Shown here: positions 1-12,799 of the stretch, piece after piece | Layout of the letters: each line of letters begins with the position of its first letter | Position numbering within the stretch: position 1 is the stretch's first letter | From: Eledone cirrhosa | Lineage: Eukaryota | Reading direction: 5' to 3' | DNA length: 64,000 nucleotides | Assembly: GCA_964016885.1 (NCBI GenBank) | Contig: OZ024756.1 | Span: 27,528,001 to 27,592,000, forward strand | Translations under genes and position numbers: made by a program | Notes under the pieces: model-generated | What the model was told of the DNA's origin: nothing | Databases searched by the model: none | What the model saw: the letters and a program-made list of their open reading frames with translations, nothing else

Positions 1-85
1 ACATGTTTCACTGTCGATCAGCTCAAAGAACGATATATTTATGATCGAACCGCACTCTTTAATCGGAAGCTCCTCAGATGTTTTA
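1..85 (-). ncRNA. Type I hammerhead-like motif cut by the window edge
   Basis: Minus strand: CTGAGGA (77-71), stem II gcttccgatt/gatcgacagt around a long loop, then GAAACATGT running off base 1. Confidence 0.5.
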
Positions 86-1050
86 ACATGTAGACTTGCG
101 TCTATATAAATATATTAAATTAGACATGCAAGCATGCATGACTTTCTCATTGTATCCATATATCACTTTCACCTTAGATATAAACGATATTTACAATTAG
201 CTTAACTACCAATTGATTACATTAAATACACGCACGCAATTAATTCATTATTAAACCATTAAAGAGTAGGAAAAGTTAATGGATGTGGAAGTAGAGATAC
301 ACCGCTGGCTATAGCTTTCACTGTTTAGTTAATGTCCAGACAATTCGTTTGTACAAACGAACTATATATATAGAGAGAGAGAGAGTGCTTTGTAACTGCC
401 TCAAACAATTCGATAGGTATCTGGTATAATGTAGCTACAACTTCGATCTACACTGATTATATTTATAAACAAGAAGTGTAAGTCAACAGGGTAAAATTAG
501 CTTCGTTTACTCATATAACCAAATGAAAAGATATATGTATATACAGAGAGAGAAAGAGTCATATATCGTATAAGAAACACGTTATATTGTATATATACCA
601 AATATATATTTTATAGAAGAATATGTACACAGGTGGAATCATAAGTGAAACCTTATAGCGCTATTTCATATAATATATAGAGAGAGGGATAACACGTATG
701 TCACATTAGTATTGATAAACTTTCTGTGTCTGTCGTAAGCATTTTTATTTTTCAAAAATAATTTTTTAAGGTTTCCCCTTAAAAATTGTTTTTCGTTTTG
801 CCTTGTTTCCGTTCGTATCTATATTATTCAGTTGAGGTAAGTTGGCAAAACTCCTGAGTAACAAGACTCACTATTTAGCCATAATAAAATTTATATATAT
901 ATATATATATATATAGCAAAGGTAAATAGAGAATTATATATGACAGTATATAAAATTATTCGACGAATAACTTGAATTACAACACTCGTGAAACGTGTAA
1001 GGAATTATTAATGATTTAAAAAGCTAATTTTTCAATCTCTCTCTCTCTCG

Positions 1051-1112
<62 letters not shown>

Positions 1113-1466
1113 CTTCACTACATGCGGGTTGAAATTATGTAAGATGGTGGGGATATCACCTGTATCACGTAGACAAAGCTGATAGACTATATATAAGCTA
1201 ATTTTAGGTTTAATCAATACACATAAAATATACATCGAGATATTTCTCAGTACAGAGCTCCATGAAACTTCATTTGAGAGCATCTGTCATATAAGTTTAA
1301 ATGATATATAACAGGATATATCAATTGAGAAACGACTAGTATTTTGTACATTATAACATCGTGAAGTACGTATTTAAATTTACACAATAATTTGTTCTGT
1401 ATATATGTACAAAATACTGTTTGTTTTTTAATTCATAGTTGTATATTATCGTTTAAAACTTACACA

Positions 1467-1528
<62 letters not shown>

Positions 1529-1944
1529 AAAAGGTAAAATAACACAATCGGTAGAGTATATGGAAGGAATATATTATGTTAACGCTTGAAATAGCAGGAA
1601 GAGGTTCTTAATGTTTCGGATATATATATACCCATTATTATAATATATATATATATACCCATTATTATAATATATTTATATATATATATACACATTATTA
1701 TTATTGTGTAACGTATTGTGTCCAGTCTGATATACTAGTTTGTATTTACAAAATACGATTTCTGTGAAATCATGGAGTGAGTGGCAAACGACAATCTTGG
1801 ACGAATTCTATTTGTCTGCTTCGTTAAAATTAATATGTAAATATATATACACACAAACATAAATGTATATAGCACAGGCACCACATAGAGATGAAAATTT
1901 GTATTTACAAACAAGAGAAAATAAATTTCTGATTACAAAAAGTA

Positions 1945-2000
<56 letters not shown>

Positions 2001-3184
2001 GCATACATACATACATACACATATATATTATTATTGGCAGCTGAAAGCTCCTGAGTCGTTACTAAGTTTCACGTTCTGCGTATTCAAACAATCAATATAC
2101 ATAAATAAGAGGCATGTCAAACTTAAATAAATATATTTAACTTGCTCTGATTATTTGTTTGTACACCCACCTTAAATATCATCGTCACCGCTTAATGTCT
2201 ATTTTCCATGCTTGCATGGGTTAGACAGGTTGTCACGAAACTGGTTTGGTCGAGTGACCACGTCTTGTTTGTATGCTCGTTTTTTTTTTTTTTTTGTTTT
2301 TTTTTTTGGGGGGGGGGGTGCTTAGTGTTTATGTCTATAGCTGGATGCCCTTCTTAACTTAACACCAACTATTTTACAGCGTATACTGGGATTATTTTAA
2401 ACCCCCCCCCCCCCCCTCCTGGCACTATCCAATTGTTGGGTGAATCCTGAGTTGTATTTTTTTTTTTTCTGGTACAATACGCATGAGAGCTTTTCGTCAT
2501 GGCACCAGCACTATAACCTTAGTGTGGACTGGATGCCTTTTGCCCTGGTACCAGCACTAGCACCTTACAGGCTGGACTGGGTGCTTACCGTGTGGCACCA
2601 GCACCACCACCTTAAGGTTGGGCTGGGGTGCTTTCTGTTGTTAAACCAGCACTACCAACTTACAGGGTGAACTGGGTACTTATCGTTGGCTCCACCCTAA
2701 ACCTGAACAAGCAGAGAGGTGGAACAACTCTCAGATCCTCACCTGCCAATATACTCTTGGCTTCTTCACTGAACTGGCATAGAAATCTAGGAAGAACCAT
2801 GCCTGATTCATCTTTCCCAGCTGAACCCATGTACCCCCAACACTCTCAACCCAGGAAATCCTGACACACCCCAAAATGACAGACACCATCCACCCAATCA
2901 CTTGCCTCAAGGAGTATATAAATACCTTCCTTTTAGGCCACTAAGAGAAGCTGGGCACGACCAAGATTCCCACCTCCAGCAATGAAATGATGGACTCTAG
3001 CTTCAACCCTCCACCCCCAGCATGACTATGTATACTAAACACCCTAGTGCTGTAATGAAATAGTGCTGGTACCACTACAAAAGCACCCAGTCCACTCAGG
3101 AATGTGGTAGTGTTGGTGCCACAACAAAAAACACCCAGTTCAACACATAAGGTTAGAGTCATGATAAAATGCTCCCAGTACACT

Positions 3185-3950
3185 CTGTAAAGTGGTTAGT
3201 GTTAGGAAAGGGACCCAGCAATACAAACCATGCTCTCAGTACTCACTGTAAAGTGGCTGTTGTTAAGAAGGACATCCAGTTGTAGAAATCATGCTCCCAG
3301 TACACACTGTAAAGCGGTTGGTGTTAAGAAGAACGTCCAGTCATAGAAACCATGCTTCCAGTACACTTTGTAAAATGGTTGGTGTTAAGAAGGACATCCA
3401 GACAACCTTTGAAACCATGCTGTAAAATGGTTGCTGTTAGGAAGGACAGCCAACCATAGAAACCATGCTTCCAGTACATGCTGTAAAATGGTTGCTGTTA
3501 GGAAGGACAGCCAACCATAGAAACCATGCTTCCAGTACATGCTGTAAAATGGTTGCTGTTAGGAAGGACAGCCAACCATAGAAACCATGCTCCCAGTACA
3601 TGCTGTAAAATGGTTGCTGTTAGGAAGGACAGCCAACCATAGAAACCATGCTTCCAGTACATGCTGTAAAATGGTTGCTGTTAGGAAGGACAGCCAACCA
3701 TAGAAACCATGCTTCCAGTACATGCTGTAAAATGGTTGCTGTTAGGAAGGACAGCCAACCATAGAAACCATGCTCCCAGTACATGCTGTAAAATGGTTGG
3801 TGTTAGGAAGGACAGCCAAACATAGAAACCATGATCCCAGTACATGCTGTAAAATGGTTGCTGTTAGGAAGGGCATGCAACCATAGAAACCATGCTCCCA
3901 GTACACTCCATAAAGTGGTTGGTGTTAGGAAGGACATCCAGCTGTAGAAA
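3185..3950 (+). repeat. 61-bp minisatellite amplified from a retroposon 3' region
   Basis: Unit tgtaaaatggttgctgttaggaaggacagccaaccatagaaaccatgcttccagtacatgc; starts at 3421, 3482, 3543, 3604, 3665, 3726, 3787, 3848; continues into a (GAT)n tail near 4060. Confidence 0.9.
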
Positions 3951-4142
3951 ACAAACCAAAACAAAGTGTATGAGCAGGACCTCATTGCCTGACCAGCATA
4001 TGACAGCTGTCTATTCCATGCAAGCATGGAAAATAGATATTAAACGGTGATGATGATGAGTAAGGTGCCACTGGAAAGTGGCATATATCTCAAATAACAT
4101 AGCATATGTCCACACCATGGTCTGTCAAAAACTAACTTGTGG

Positions 4143-4812
4143 CTGTGTTACCATGTCACACTACTCTAGCAGCCCTCTTCACAGTTACCCTGTGTTATCA
4201 TGTTACACTACTCTAATAGCCCTCTTCGGTTACACTGTTACCATGTCACACAATTCTAGCAGCCCCCCTTCAGTTACCCTGTCACACTACTCTAATAGCC
4301 CTCTCTACAATTACCCTGTTACCATATCACACCACTCTAACAGCCCTCTCTAGTTACCCTGTGTTATCTTATCACAATATACAGTTAATCTGTGTTACCA
4401 TGTCGCACTATCTAATAGCCCTCTCTAAGTTACACTGTTACCATGTCACACTACTCTAGCAGCCCTCTCTTGTTACCATGTAACACTACTCTAATAGCCC
4501 TCTTCACAGTTACTGTGTGTTACCATGTCACACTACTCTAATAGCCCTCTTCACAGTTACCCTGTGTTATCATGTCACACTACTCTAATAGCCCTCTTCA
4601 CAGTTACCATGTGTTATCATGTCACACTACTCTAATAGGTTTCTTCATAGTAACTGTGTTACCATGTCACACTACTCTAACAGACCTCTCTAGTTACCAT
4701 GTCACACTATTCTAGTAACCCTCTCTACAGTTACCATGTGTTACCATGTCACAATACTCTACAGTTAATCTGTGTTACCAAGTCACACTACTCTAACAGC
4801 CCTCTTCATAAT
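4143..4812. repeat. Degenerate ~35-45 bp tandem repeat (gttaccatgtcacactactctaatagccctc)
   Basis: Recurrent motif, more than a dozen imperfect copies. Confidence 0.85.
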
Positions 4813-5744
4813 TACTCACCAGTACTTGTTGACAATTGTTTTTGTCAACTGATTCATAAATAATTCACTAATCCGATTATAGTAGGCTTTGTGTGCAGTG
4901 AATAATGTGTACAGCTTCCAGTAATTAAGTCCCTGTCAATCAAACTAGGTCAACCATGCATACCACAAATTTACTCACACCATGCACTATGCTAACCTAA
5001 TAACAGATATATCTTACCCTATGTCATTAATCGATTCCAGAAGTGAAGACTTAAGTCGGATTAACCTACCTATAAACCGCTAATAGACATTCCCTACATT
5101 ACTTTAGGCTGTATATTTTAGCATTTATTTAAATATGATTTTAAATACTTTTATTGCCTTTTTTAGTGTTATTTATGGTTTAATATTTTTGTCAGACCGA
5201 CATAAAGTTGAGTTAATAGACATAACCTGAGGTTTACTTTTACCGTATGATATTAAGAAAAAACACTAACTTCGAAAATGACTAAACTTGAAACAACATA
5301 TACTGAGGTATCCCTGTATATGCTCTATCTAGACGACACAAGTGACCTGATATGGTTGCTATATATCAACTCTAATATAGGTTATCTCCTACCATCTTGG
5401 TATGCTTCTAAAATGCCAATCCAGTCTCCTACTATTACTAAAGAGTGGGATGTTCCTAAAAATACTTTGAAATGTCAGAAGAAATTTGACCATTCACCTC
5501 TGTCGGGAATAGAGAGACACTAGTTTTCTTGCATTAGGTTGTAGAGTGTTTTTGGTAAAGTTTTGGTCCTAACTAGATTAGGTTGTAATGTGTTTTTGGT
5601 AAAGGTTTGGTCTTTGAACTACAAACAGTCTGCCTGTTATCTCATATTCAATTCCCCACCATTTTAATATTTCATGCCAATCCATTAGATATCTGAAGAA
5701 ATTTGACCATTCACCTCTGTCAGGAATAGAGAAACACTAGTTTT

Positions 5745-6250
5745 CTTGGATCAGGTTGTGGTGTGTTTTGGTAAAGGTTTGGTCCTTGCTGGATTAGGTT
5801 GGGGTGTGTTTCGGTACATTTTTGGTGTTTTCTTGGATTAGATTGTGGTGAGTTTTGGTAAAGTTTTGGTCCTTGCTGGACTAGGTTTGGGTGTGTTTTG
5901 GTAAAGTTTTGGTCCTTGCTGGACTAGGTTGGGGTGTGTTTTGGTAAAGTTTTGGTCCTTGCTGGATTAGGTTTGGGTGTGTTTTGATAAAGTTTTGGTC
6001 CTTGCTGGACTAGGTTTGAGTGTGTTTTGGTCCTTGCTGGACTAGGTTTGGGTGTGTTTTGGTCCTTGCTGGACTAGGTTGGGGTTTGTTTTGGTCCTTG
6101 CTGGACTAGGTTGGGGTTTGTTTTGGTCCTTGTTGGACTAGGTTTGGGTGTGTTTTGATAAAGTTTTGGTCCTTGCTGGACTAGGTTGGGGTGTGTTTTG
6201 GTCCTTGCTGGATTAGGTTGTGGTGTGTTTTTGTAAAGGTTTGGTCCTTG
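5745..6250. repeat. ~31-43 bp GT-rich tandem repeat (ttttggtccttgctggactaggttggggtgtg)
   Basis: Direct repeats inside a local duplication (about 5475-5660 versus 5695-6300). Confidence 0.85.
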
Positions 6251-6383
6251 AAATACAAACAATCTACCTGTTTTCTCATATTCAGTTTCCCAACATTTCC
6301 ATATTTTGCTTTTGTAACGATTCCTCAGGCAAATAAAAAATAAACAATTATTCTTCTTATTTTATTAATGTAAATAAAGTGTA

Positions 6384-6990
6384 GTGGATTGGCAGTATCG
6401 GTAGAGCGTCGGACACCATGCTTTGCAGCATAGATTTATGTCCCTTTTTGTTCTGAGTTCAAATCCTGTTGAGGTTAACTTCGCCTTTCATCCTTGCGGG
6501 GGTCGATTAAATAAAGCACCACAAATGCATTGGGGTCAATTTAATTGACTTTCCTTTTTCCACAAATTGTTGGCCTTGTGCCTAAATCAGAAACAATTAT
6601 TTTATTAATGTTTTGAGGTTGTAAAAAACTGGGTCTTCAGAATTGCATGTGTCACCTTCCTGGCAATAACACTTATGTGATCGTTTGACCTGCTAGAAAT
6701 AGCCGTGAAATCTCTTTCAAAACACAGCCTACTACTACTACTACAGTAATATTACTACTTCTACTACCAATAAATACATTACTATTACTAGTACTACTTG
6801 ATAATTGTTTCTACTTTTGGCACAAGGCCAGCAATTACTCAGTAGATTACTGGTACTTTATTTTATCGACCCCGTAAGGATGAAAGGCAAAGTTAACCTC
6901 GGCAGGATTTGAACTCAGAATGGCAAGGGCCGTAACTCTATGCGTCAAAGCATGGCGTCCGACCCTCTACCGATACTGCCAATTCACCTG
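6384..6990. mobile_element. Two copies (+ then -) of the dominant tRNA-derived SINE; about 20 copies or fragments in the window
   Basis: A-box TGGCAGTATCGG, B-box GTTCAAATC, central GCCTTTCATCC..GGGGTCGATAAA (resembles the Nin/Deu-type domain). Other copies near 13572, 15233, 15770, 16652, 21503, 24188, 24402, 27370, 28063, 39293, 45990, 47835, 47982, 49830, 50045, 63689. Confidence 0.85.
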
Positions 6991-8176
6991 GAGCTCTTAT
7001 AGCTTAACCCAGGCATGGACACCCTTATTCGAGCAGTGGGCCGCCTAGGATGTGACTCATCATAATGCAGGCCGCATACGATGTTGTTCATCATAAAGCG
7101 TGCAGCACTACTAAAAAAAATTCAAGGTAATTTTGAAATTAGGCATGCCATTCAGAAAACGAAATGAGCTGCAGTTTTCCCCTGACAGGTTTAACTTTAT
7201 GTCAACCCTAACCCAGTAGATTTCTAGTCTTTAATGTTTAGTAGGATAACAGCTTGGGCTATAGTTAGGGCTAGGGTTACATTTAGAGTGAGGATTAAGG
7301 TTAGCTTTAGTTTGTTTGTTGTCGTTTTTAATTTTATTATTTTGTTTTGCGGGTTTTCGGAAATTGTAATTTCTTGTATTGCGAATGTAGAAATTCGGAG
7401 AAAGTTTCGGGAGAAAAGAAGAAAAAAATAGGTAGGTAGGGACTCGAAACTGAATTCCACTTTTTTCTTTTTTTTTTTCTAGGCATTAACTAGGATTACA
7501 TTATCTAAGATGTCTTTGACATTTGTTGTGATTCGATGGAGATTTTTGCTACTTTTTCTAGCAGGTCTTTTGACCATGTAGAAGAGGATCCATGTGGACA
7601 GTTCGCCTATCTATTATAGGAATCTTCGTCACGACCACCACTACAGAATGGGCTGAGATTGGTACCTGTCATTATTGTTGTTTAGCTTCAGATTAACGGA
7701 ATGTATTTGTTTTAAATATATACATAAATGACATTACAAATTGCTCACAAATTATTTGAAAACAGCTCTGATCGAACAGACATTTAATTTTTAAAAACCT
7801 TCTTATTTTATTATTCACAGTTGTATAAATAACGTTACAAATTGTTTATAATTCTTACAGAATGAAAATATAAACACATATAATACACTTAATACTTCAT
7901 AGTTGCACAAACAACATTACAAATCGTTTGCAATTCCTTCAGAATGAAAATATAAACAGAGCATATAAATAAATTTACAGTAGAATAACATAACAAATGT
8001 TTTAAATATATACATAAATAACATTACAAATGCCTCGGTAACACTACAAAGGATGATACAATGAAAGATATATTCCTTCAATGCTACAATATTAAAGAAA
8101 ATGTAAAGGAAGGGGTGAACAACGGAGCCAACACCAGAGCAAAAGACAGCAACGTCGCGAGTACTGGGCAACCTCT

Positions 8177-8565
8177 CTAATGATTTTTGAGGCAAGCCAG
8201 CACACTCGCAGCGTTGCCTCGGGTGGTGGCGAGGCTCATGCGCTGAAACAGCCAAGCACCCCCTCGAGATTCGCCAGTCACCTCTATTAGGCGAGCCGCC
8301 AGTGAGGAAAGGAACCACGCATTCAGCGGCCCGACTCCCCCAAACGTCTCGAAAGCCACAGGCTGAAAAATGTAGCTGGCCGACAGATCAGAGTATTTGA
8401 GGGTCTTATTCCGCTCGGCTGCAGAAGCTGTGGCTCTCGTCCTAACCGCAGCATCCAGGATGTGGGAAAGAGCAAAAGAGTCACTAACAGTGACGTCCCA
8501 TACAAGGCACCTGCCTCTCGACCAGGGGCACAGGGTAAAACCGTCAGGTCTTTTGCCGTCACTTC
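8177..8565 (-). mobile_element. CRE-clade non-LTR retrotransposon 3' fragment (restriction-like endonuclease)
   Basis: Open frame DGKRPDGFTLCPWSRGRCLVWDVTVSDS...AERNKTLKYSDL...FQPVAFETFGG...WLFQRMSLATTRGNAASVL*. Confidence 0.8.
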
Positions 8566-9023
8566 AGGACAACCCAGATAGTTCCCAAACCTTTTTGTAT
8601 ATCTAAGACTACATTGTCAAATGTACCCGTTTTTTAAAGACAGTAGGCTGTGATTTGAGAAGTGTTTAGCTTTTATTTCTAATCTAAAAGCTTTGTTCGC
8701 TTGTGACACTCCCTTGATATCTCTACCTCAGTTAAAAACGAGGAAGGTAGCTATTTATAAAACTTCCCAACAGGTACACGATAAATACATTACATAACCA
8801 TTTATACTATATTAATATATTACAATACGATATACTTTCTCTTAAACGACCTATTTTGCAATTTACACGATTACATGTATAAAAAATATAAAACAAACAA
8901 GTTCACATACAAATTGCTTTTATTTACACAAACACAACCGGATCACGGATATGTGTGTGAGAGAGAGAGTGTGTGTGTGTGTGAACATCCGTGATACGGT
9001 TGTTTGTGTAAATAAATGTGATT

Positions 9024-9065
<42 letters not shown>

Positions 9066-10227
9066 AAATTCTGTTTTCGGAAATAAAGTGGATTGCGAGC
9101 ATGTCGGAGGTGATAGTTGAAAACATGGCAAAAATTAGAAGAAACAAACAATTTTTTTCCCTAACCAACGCCAGCGGGTGCTTTTTCTAAAAATTTACTA
9201 TACATGTATATATATATATATATTGGTGGCCCTTGAAATATGTATAATGAAATAAATATGGTTTTATAAATATAGTTTCCATTTGTTAATATATATAGAG
9301 AGAGAGAGAGGGAGAGAGAGAGATTCTGTGGTGCTGAGATAGATCACAGAAGCCGTAACCGCTTAGCGCCGCGGTCAGGATTTTACATATCTCTATACAT
9401 AAATATATATATATATATACACACATATAAAATATTTTGTTTCGTAAATATACCCAGAACTGTTTTTATTGTCATCATCTCCAAAATGATGATTAAATGC
9501 TAAGTTGATATCTAATAACAGCATAAAAAAACACACACACTTTTCTTTTGTATTTATTATATTTGTGATTTCGTTCTGTAAGAATTATATTATTATATTC
9601 TTTTTTTATACAGCTGTAAATAAAACAATATATATATATATATATATATTTCATTAAAAAATGCATAAAGTAAAAGACCGAATGTTTATACTTGACTTTA
9701 TATACTTACTATTAAGATGAAAATGTGTTTTGTTTTCCTTTTTTTTTACGTTTTATGTTGTAAAAGAGTTCTCCCAGATATAATTTTACTGACTTCAATA
9801 AAATTTGTGTGAAGGGGGTTAATAAAATACAAACAATGTTGTACGATTTTACGTCCTTTTATATATTTCTTGGTTTTAAATATGAGATGAGATATATATA
9901 TATATTTTTTTTTGTTTCTTCTTGGCTTTAAAATTTCTAAGAAATTATGATTATCTAGTAATTCTTTCCAAAGTTCCTTCCTTACCGATCTATTCCGTTT
10001 GTTTGTGTTTTGTTTTTTTTGGTGTGTTTGTTTTTCTTTCTGTCTAACTATTTCATAAAACTTACTTGGTCACGTGCGTGTTGCCGCACTAAAGCATTAA
10101 TAAAAAAAAAAAAATGACCTAATGACGTCAAACGTAATATGTGTTTTCATTGGTTTATGTAACTACTGTATTTTCAGCATCTGTCTGTCTGTCTGTTTGT
10201 CTGTCTATCTATTTATCTACCTACCGA

Positions 10228-10793
10228 AAATGGGCGCCTCGCACCTCGAGTGCCTTCAGGCGCTCACAGCCCTCTACCAAGCAGAAACGGCAATCAGCGG
10301 AGACTCCACTTCGACATTCTATAGGGGATTAGTGGAGGATAAGTGCGACGACGCTCTCGGGGAAACTCTAGGCATTATGGCGGACGAACTGACTAGTCTG
10401 TTCGGGAGGACTTTCTGTCCAGGGCCTATGGATAACTTCCAGAGGTCTCTGGCCTGGCAATGCTACCGAGGAGCTCTACCAGTTCAAGACAAAATCTGCA
10501 GGCACGGACGCCCTGGCAGAGATCCTGCCAAAAGAACCTGTCCAAGATGCGAGCAGGACATCGAAACCGTTCTGCACGCAATTGTTCAGTGCTCATGGGT
10601 GACCGACCTGTGGAATTATGTCGAACAGCTACTGTCACGTGTGGGACGCATCCAGTTGTCAGCCGAGTCCATCGTGAGGATCACCCCGCCGCCTTCATTT
10701 AAGAATGAAGGAGAGGCGGTTTTCCTCTGTCTGGTGGCTATGGCGAAAGAGGTAATATGGTGGACGAGGTTAAAAGGACTGAGGGCAAACACT
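10228..10793 (+). mobile_element. L1/Tx1-like LINE ORF2 C-terminal fragment (zinc-binding region)
   Basis: WQCYRGALPV...CPRC..DIETVLHAIVQC...LW resembles the CCHC region downstream of L1/Tx1 RT. Confidence 0.75.
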
Positions 10794-11075
10794 AGAGTGA
10801 TAGACATTCACATCGCGAGGTTCGCAACTGCAGGCGATCAGGTGGTCAACTCCGCTCCGGCAGCAGTGAATAGGGATGTAATGCTGGGAGGGGAAACCAA
10901 GAACACCGGAAATCTCCATTGATCTAGGCTCTACCACAAACCTATCCGAGAGCGACCGATACTTGGACAGTTTGCTCTCTTCGTCCTTCGCTGGTAGTCG
11001 AATGCACCAAGTTGCCACTAGTGTTGGTGTCACAACATGTGGTGTCCCAGATGAAGGGGGTTACTCTCGAGCTGG
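10794..11075 (-). mobile_element. Degenerate CRE-like endonuclease fragment
   Basis: Minus strand FIWDTTCCDT..GNL, then after a frameshift EESKLSKYRSLSDRFVVEPRSMEISGVLG. Confidence 0.65.
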
Positions 11076-11199
11076 GGAGGGAAAACTGCACCGTCCAGGC
11101 CATGCTTTATGGTCTTATTGGTTATTTTACAGTTTGTTTTGTTTTTAAATAATTTCACTATTTTATTTATTACAAAACAAAACAAAAATCGAAGTGACA

Positions 11200-11965
11200 G
11201 TAACTCGTCTGAAGGAGACCTGCGGGGTGGCTGTTGCAGCGGGGATGTCGCTGGCTATTGTCCGTGACAATTCCATTGCCATTTTGTCTGCGAAGCGCAG
11301 CCGTAACACCGCTCTGACTAAGGTTTAGAGTCTGTCACCTTCTCCTCCTTTCTTTCGTTGCTTAATAATCCTTGCCCTTTCACTCTCTTTGACAAGTTCG
11401 GCCTGCACCCACTGTCTTGCTGCCAGAGCACAGGCCGGTTCCCCCAAAATTCCGCTTTCAACATATTGAGAAGGAGCCTGGACGCAGCTGGCTCCCCATC
11501 ATAACTGGAGCCAGCAAGCGCCCTGATGGAGTTACCTTCTCATTTAAAGGAAGTAGATTCTTCCTCTGGGACACCACATGTGACACGTTCTCCGCCTCGA
11601 ATTTAGTCGCTTCGACCACAAATCCTGGTACTGCGGTCCCCAATGCAGAGGAAAGGAAGATAAACAAATACTCTTCACATCGGTCGCTGTCGAGACCTCA
11701 AGCGACCTTGGATCCGGTACTGCCGATCTTCTCCGCAAGATCAGAACGTCAGCAGCCCGTCTAAGGAAGGAGCCCCGCGAGATGGGATGGCTGTTGCAGT
11801 GGCTGCTCTCTGCAGGAATGCTTTTGCGGTCCTAACACCGCCGCGACCTAGGCCTAGAACCCCCCCCCCCCCTCCCATTCTTCTGTGACCCTAGAGCCCT
11901 GGCCTTTCCCTTCCTTTTCCGTTTTCCTAACCACAAAAGACACTTGTAATTTTTACAATAAACAG
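11200..11965 (+). mobile_element. Two further CRE-like 3' fragments in tandem
   Basis: About 11225-11295 GWLLQR..SLAIVRDNSIAILS; about 11510-11830 KRPDGVT...LWDTTCDTF...AEERKINKYS; AATAAA near 11958. Confidence 0.7.
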
Positions 11966-12098
11966 TTTTTAATTGATATATTTTAATAATATAGACATAT
12001 AATATATCTAAGTAATTTCTACTTTAGACACAAGGCCAACAATTTGAAGGGGAGGGAAAGTCGATTAAATCAACCCCGGTGCTTTATTTTATAATATA

Positions 12099-12607
12099 CT
12101 AGCCTAATTACCCGCGCCTGGCTGCGTTTCACACATTTTTTTGTAAGAATATGATGATTGGTTTTAAATCAGTGATATAATTTATGGAGAAAAACTGTAT
12201 TTCAATATTACTCAATGTAAAATGTAATGCATGAAAAATTGGAAAACATTATTTTTTTGTAATATATCAAATCAAAATTACATTATTAAATCTTATTTTT
12301 ATTTTGTTTCTTGTAAATAATTTTTTCAAAATATCAATTCAAAACTTTTGTGAATAGGCATCATATCTTGTCATTTACCTATGGTTTAAATTTCATATAA
12401 ATCGAAGGGAAATTTGTTTAGCTGGGGTTTTGTGCCCCGGGGAACCCTTTGATTAAAATGAAATATACATATCCATGTACCCTGGGCAATGTAGTTTCAG
12501 AATATATATGGTTATGGGGGTCTATCTCCAAAACCATAGGAGCAGTTTGTGAACCAACAAACAAACAAACAAACAGATAGGAATACAACTTTATATATAT
12601 ATATAGA
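12099..12607 (-). mobile_element. Non-autonomous Helitron (another Helitron 3' end follows at 12619)
   Basis: Minus strand begins TCTATATATA and ends in a degenerate GC hairpin plus CTAG, at an A/T site; 12619-12646 has CTAG plus the hairpin cccggcattgccaggg. Confidence 0.6.
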
Positions 12608-12768
12608 TTTAAGTAATACTAGCAGAATGGCCCGGCATTGCCAGGGATTTGCTCTAGGGTTCTTATATATTTGATATATATTTATCCTTATCGAGCCTCG
12701 TGAAATAAATACGTTTGTTTATATTTTGTTATTGTGTATGCAAAAATATCTGTACACGAATATATAAT

Positions 12769-12799
<31 letters not shown>

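Noticed and set aside
1032-2054. Short ORFs with YIYI/CVCV runs (also 53585-54279 and others)
   Set aside because: Translations of (TA)n, (TG)n and (TATG)n microsatellites.
10122-10922. 266-aa ORF as a host gene
   Set aside because: Chimera of simple repeat, Tx1-like ORF2 fragment and antisense CRE fragment.
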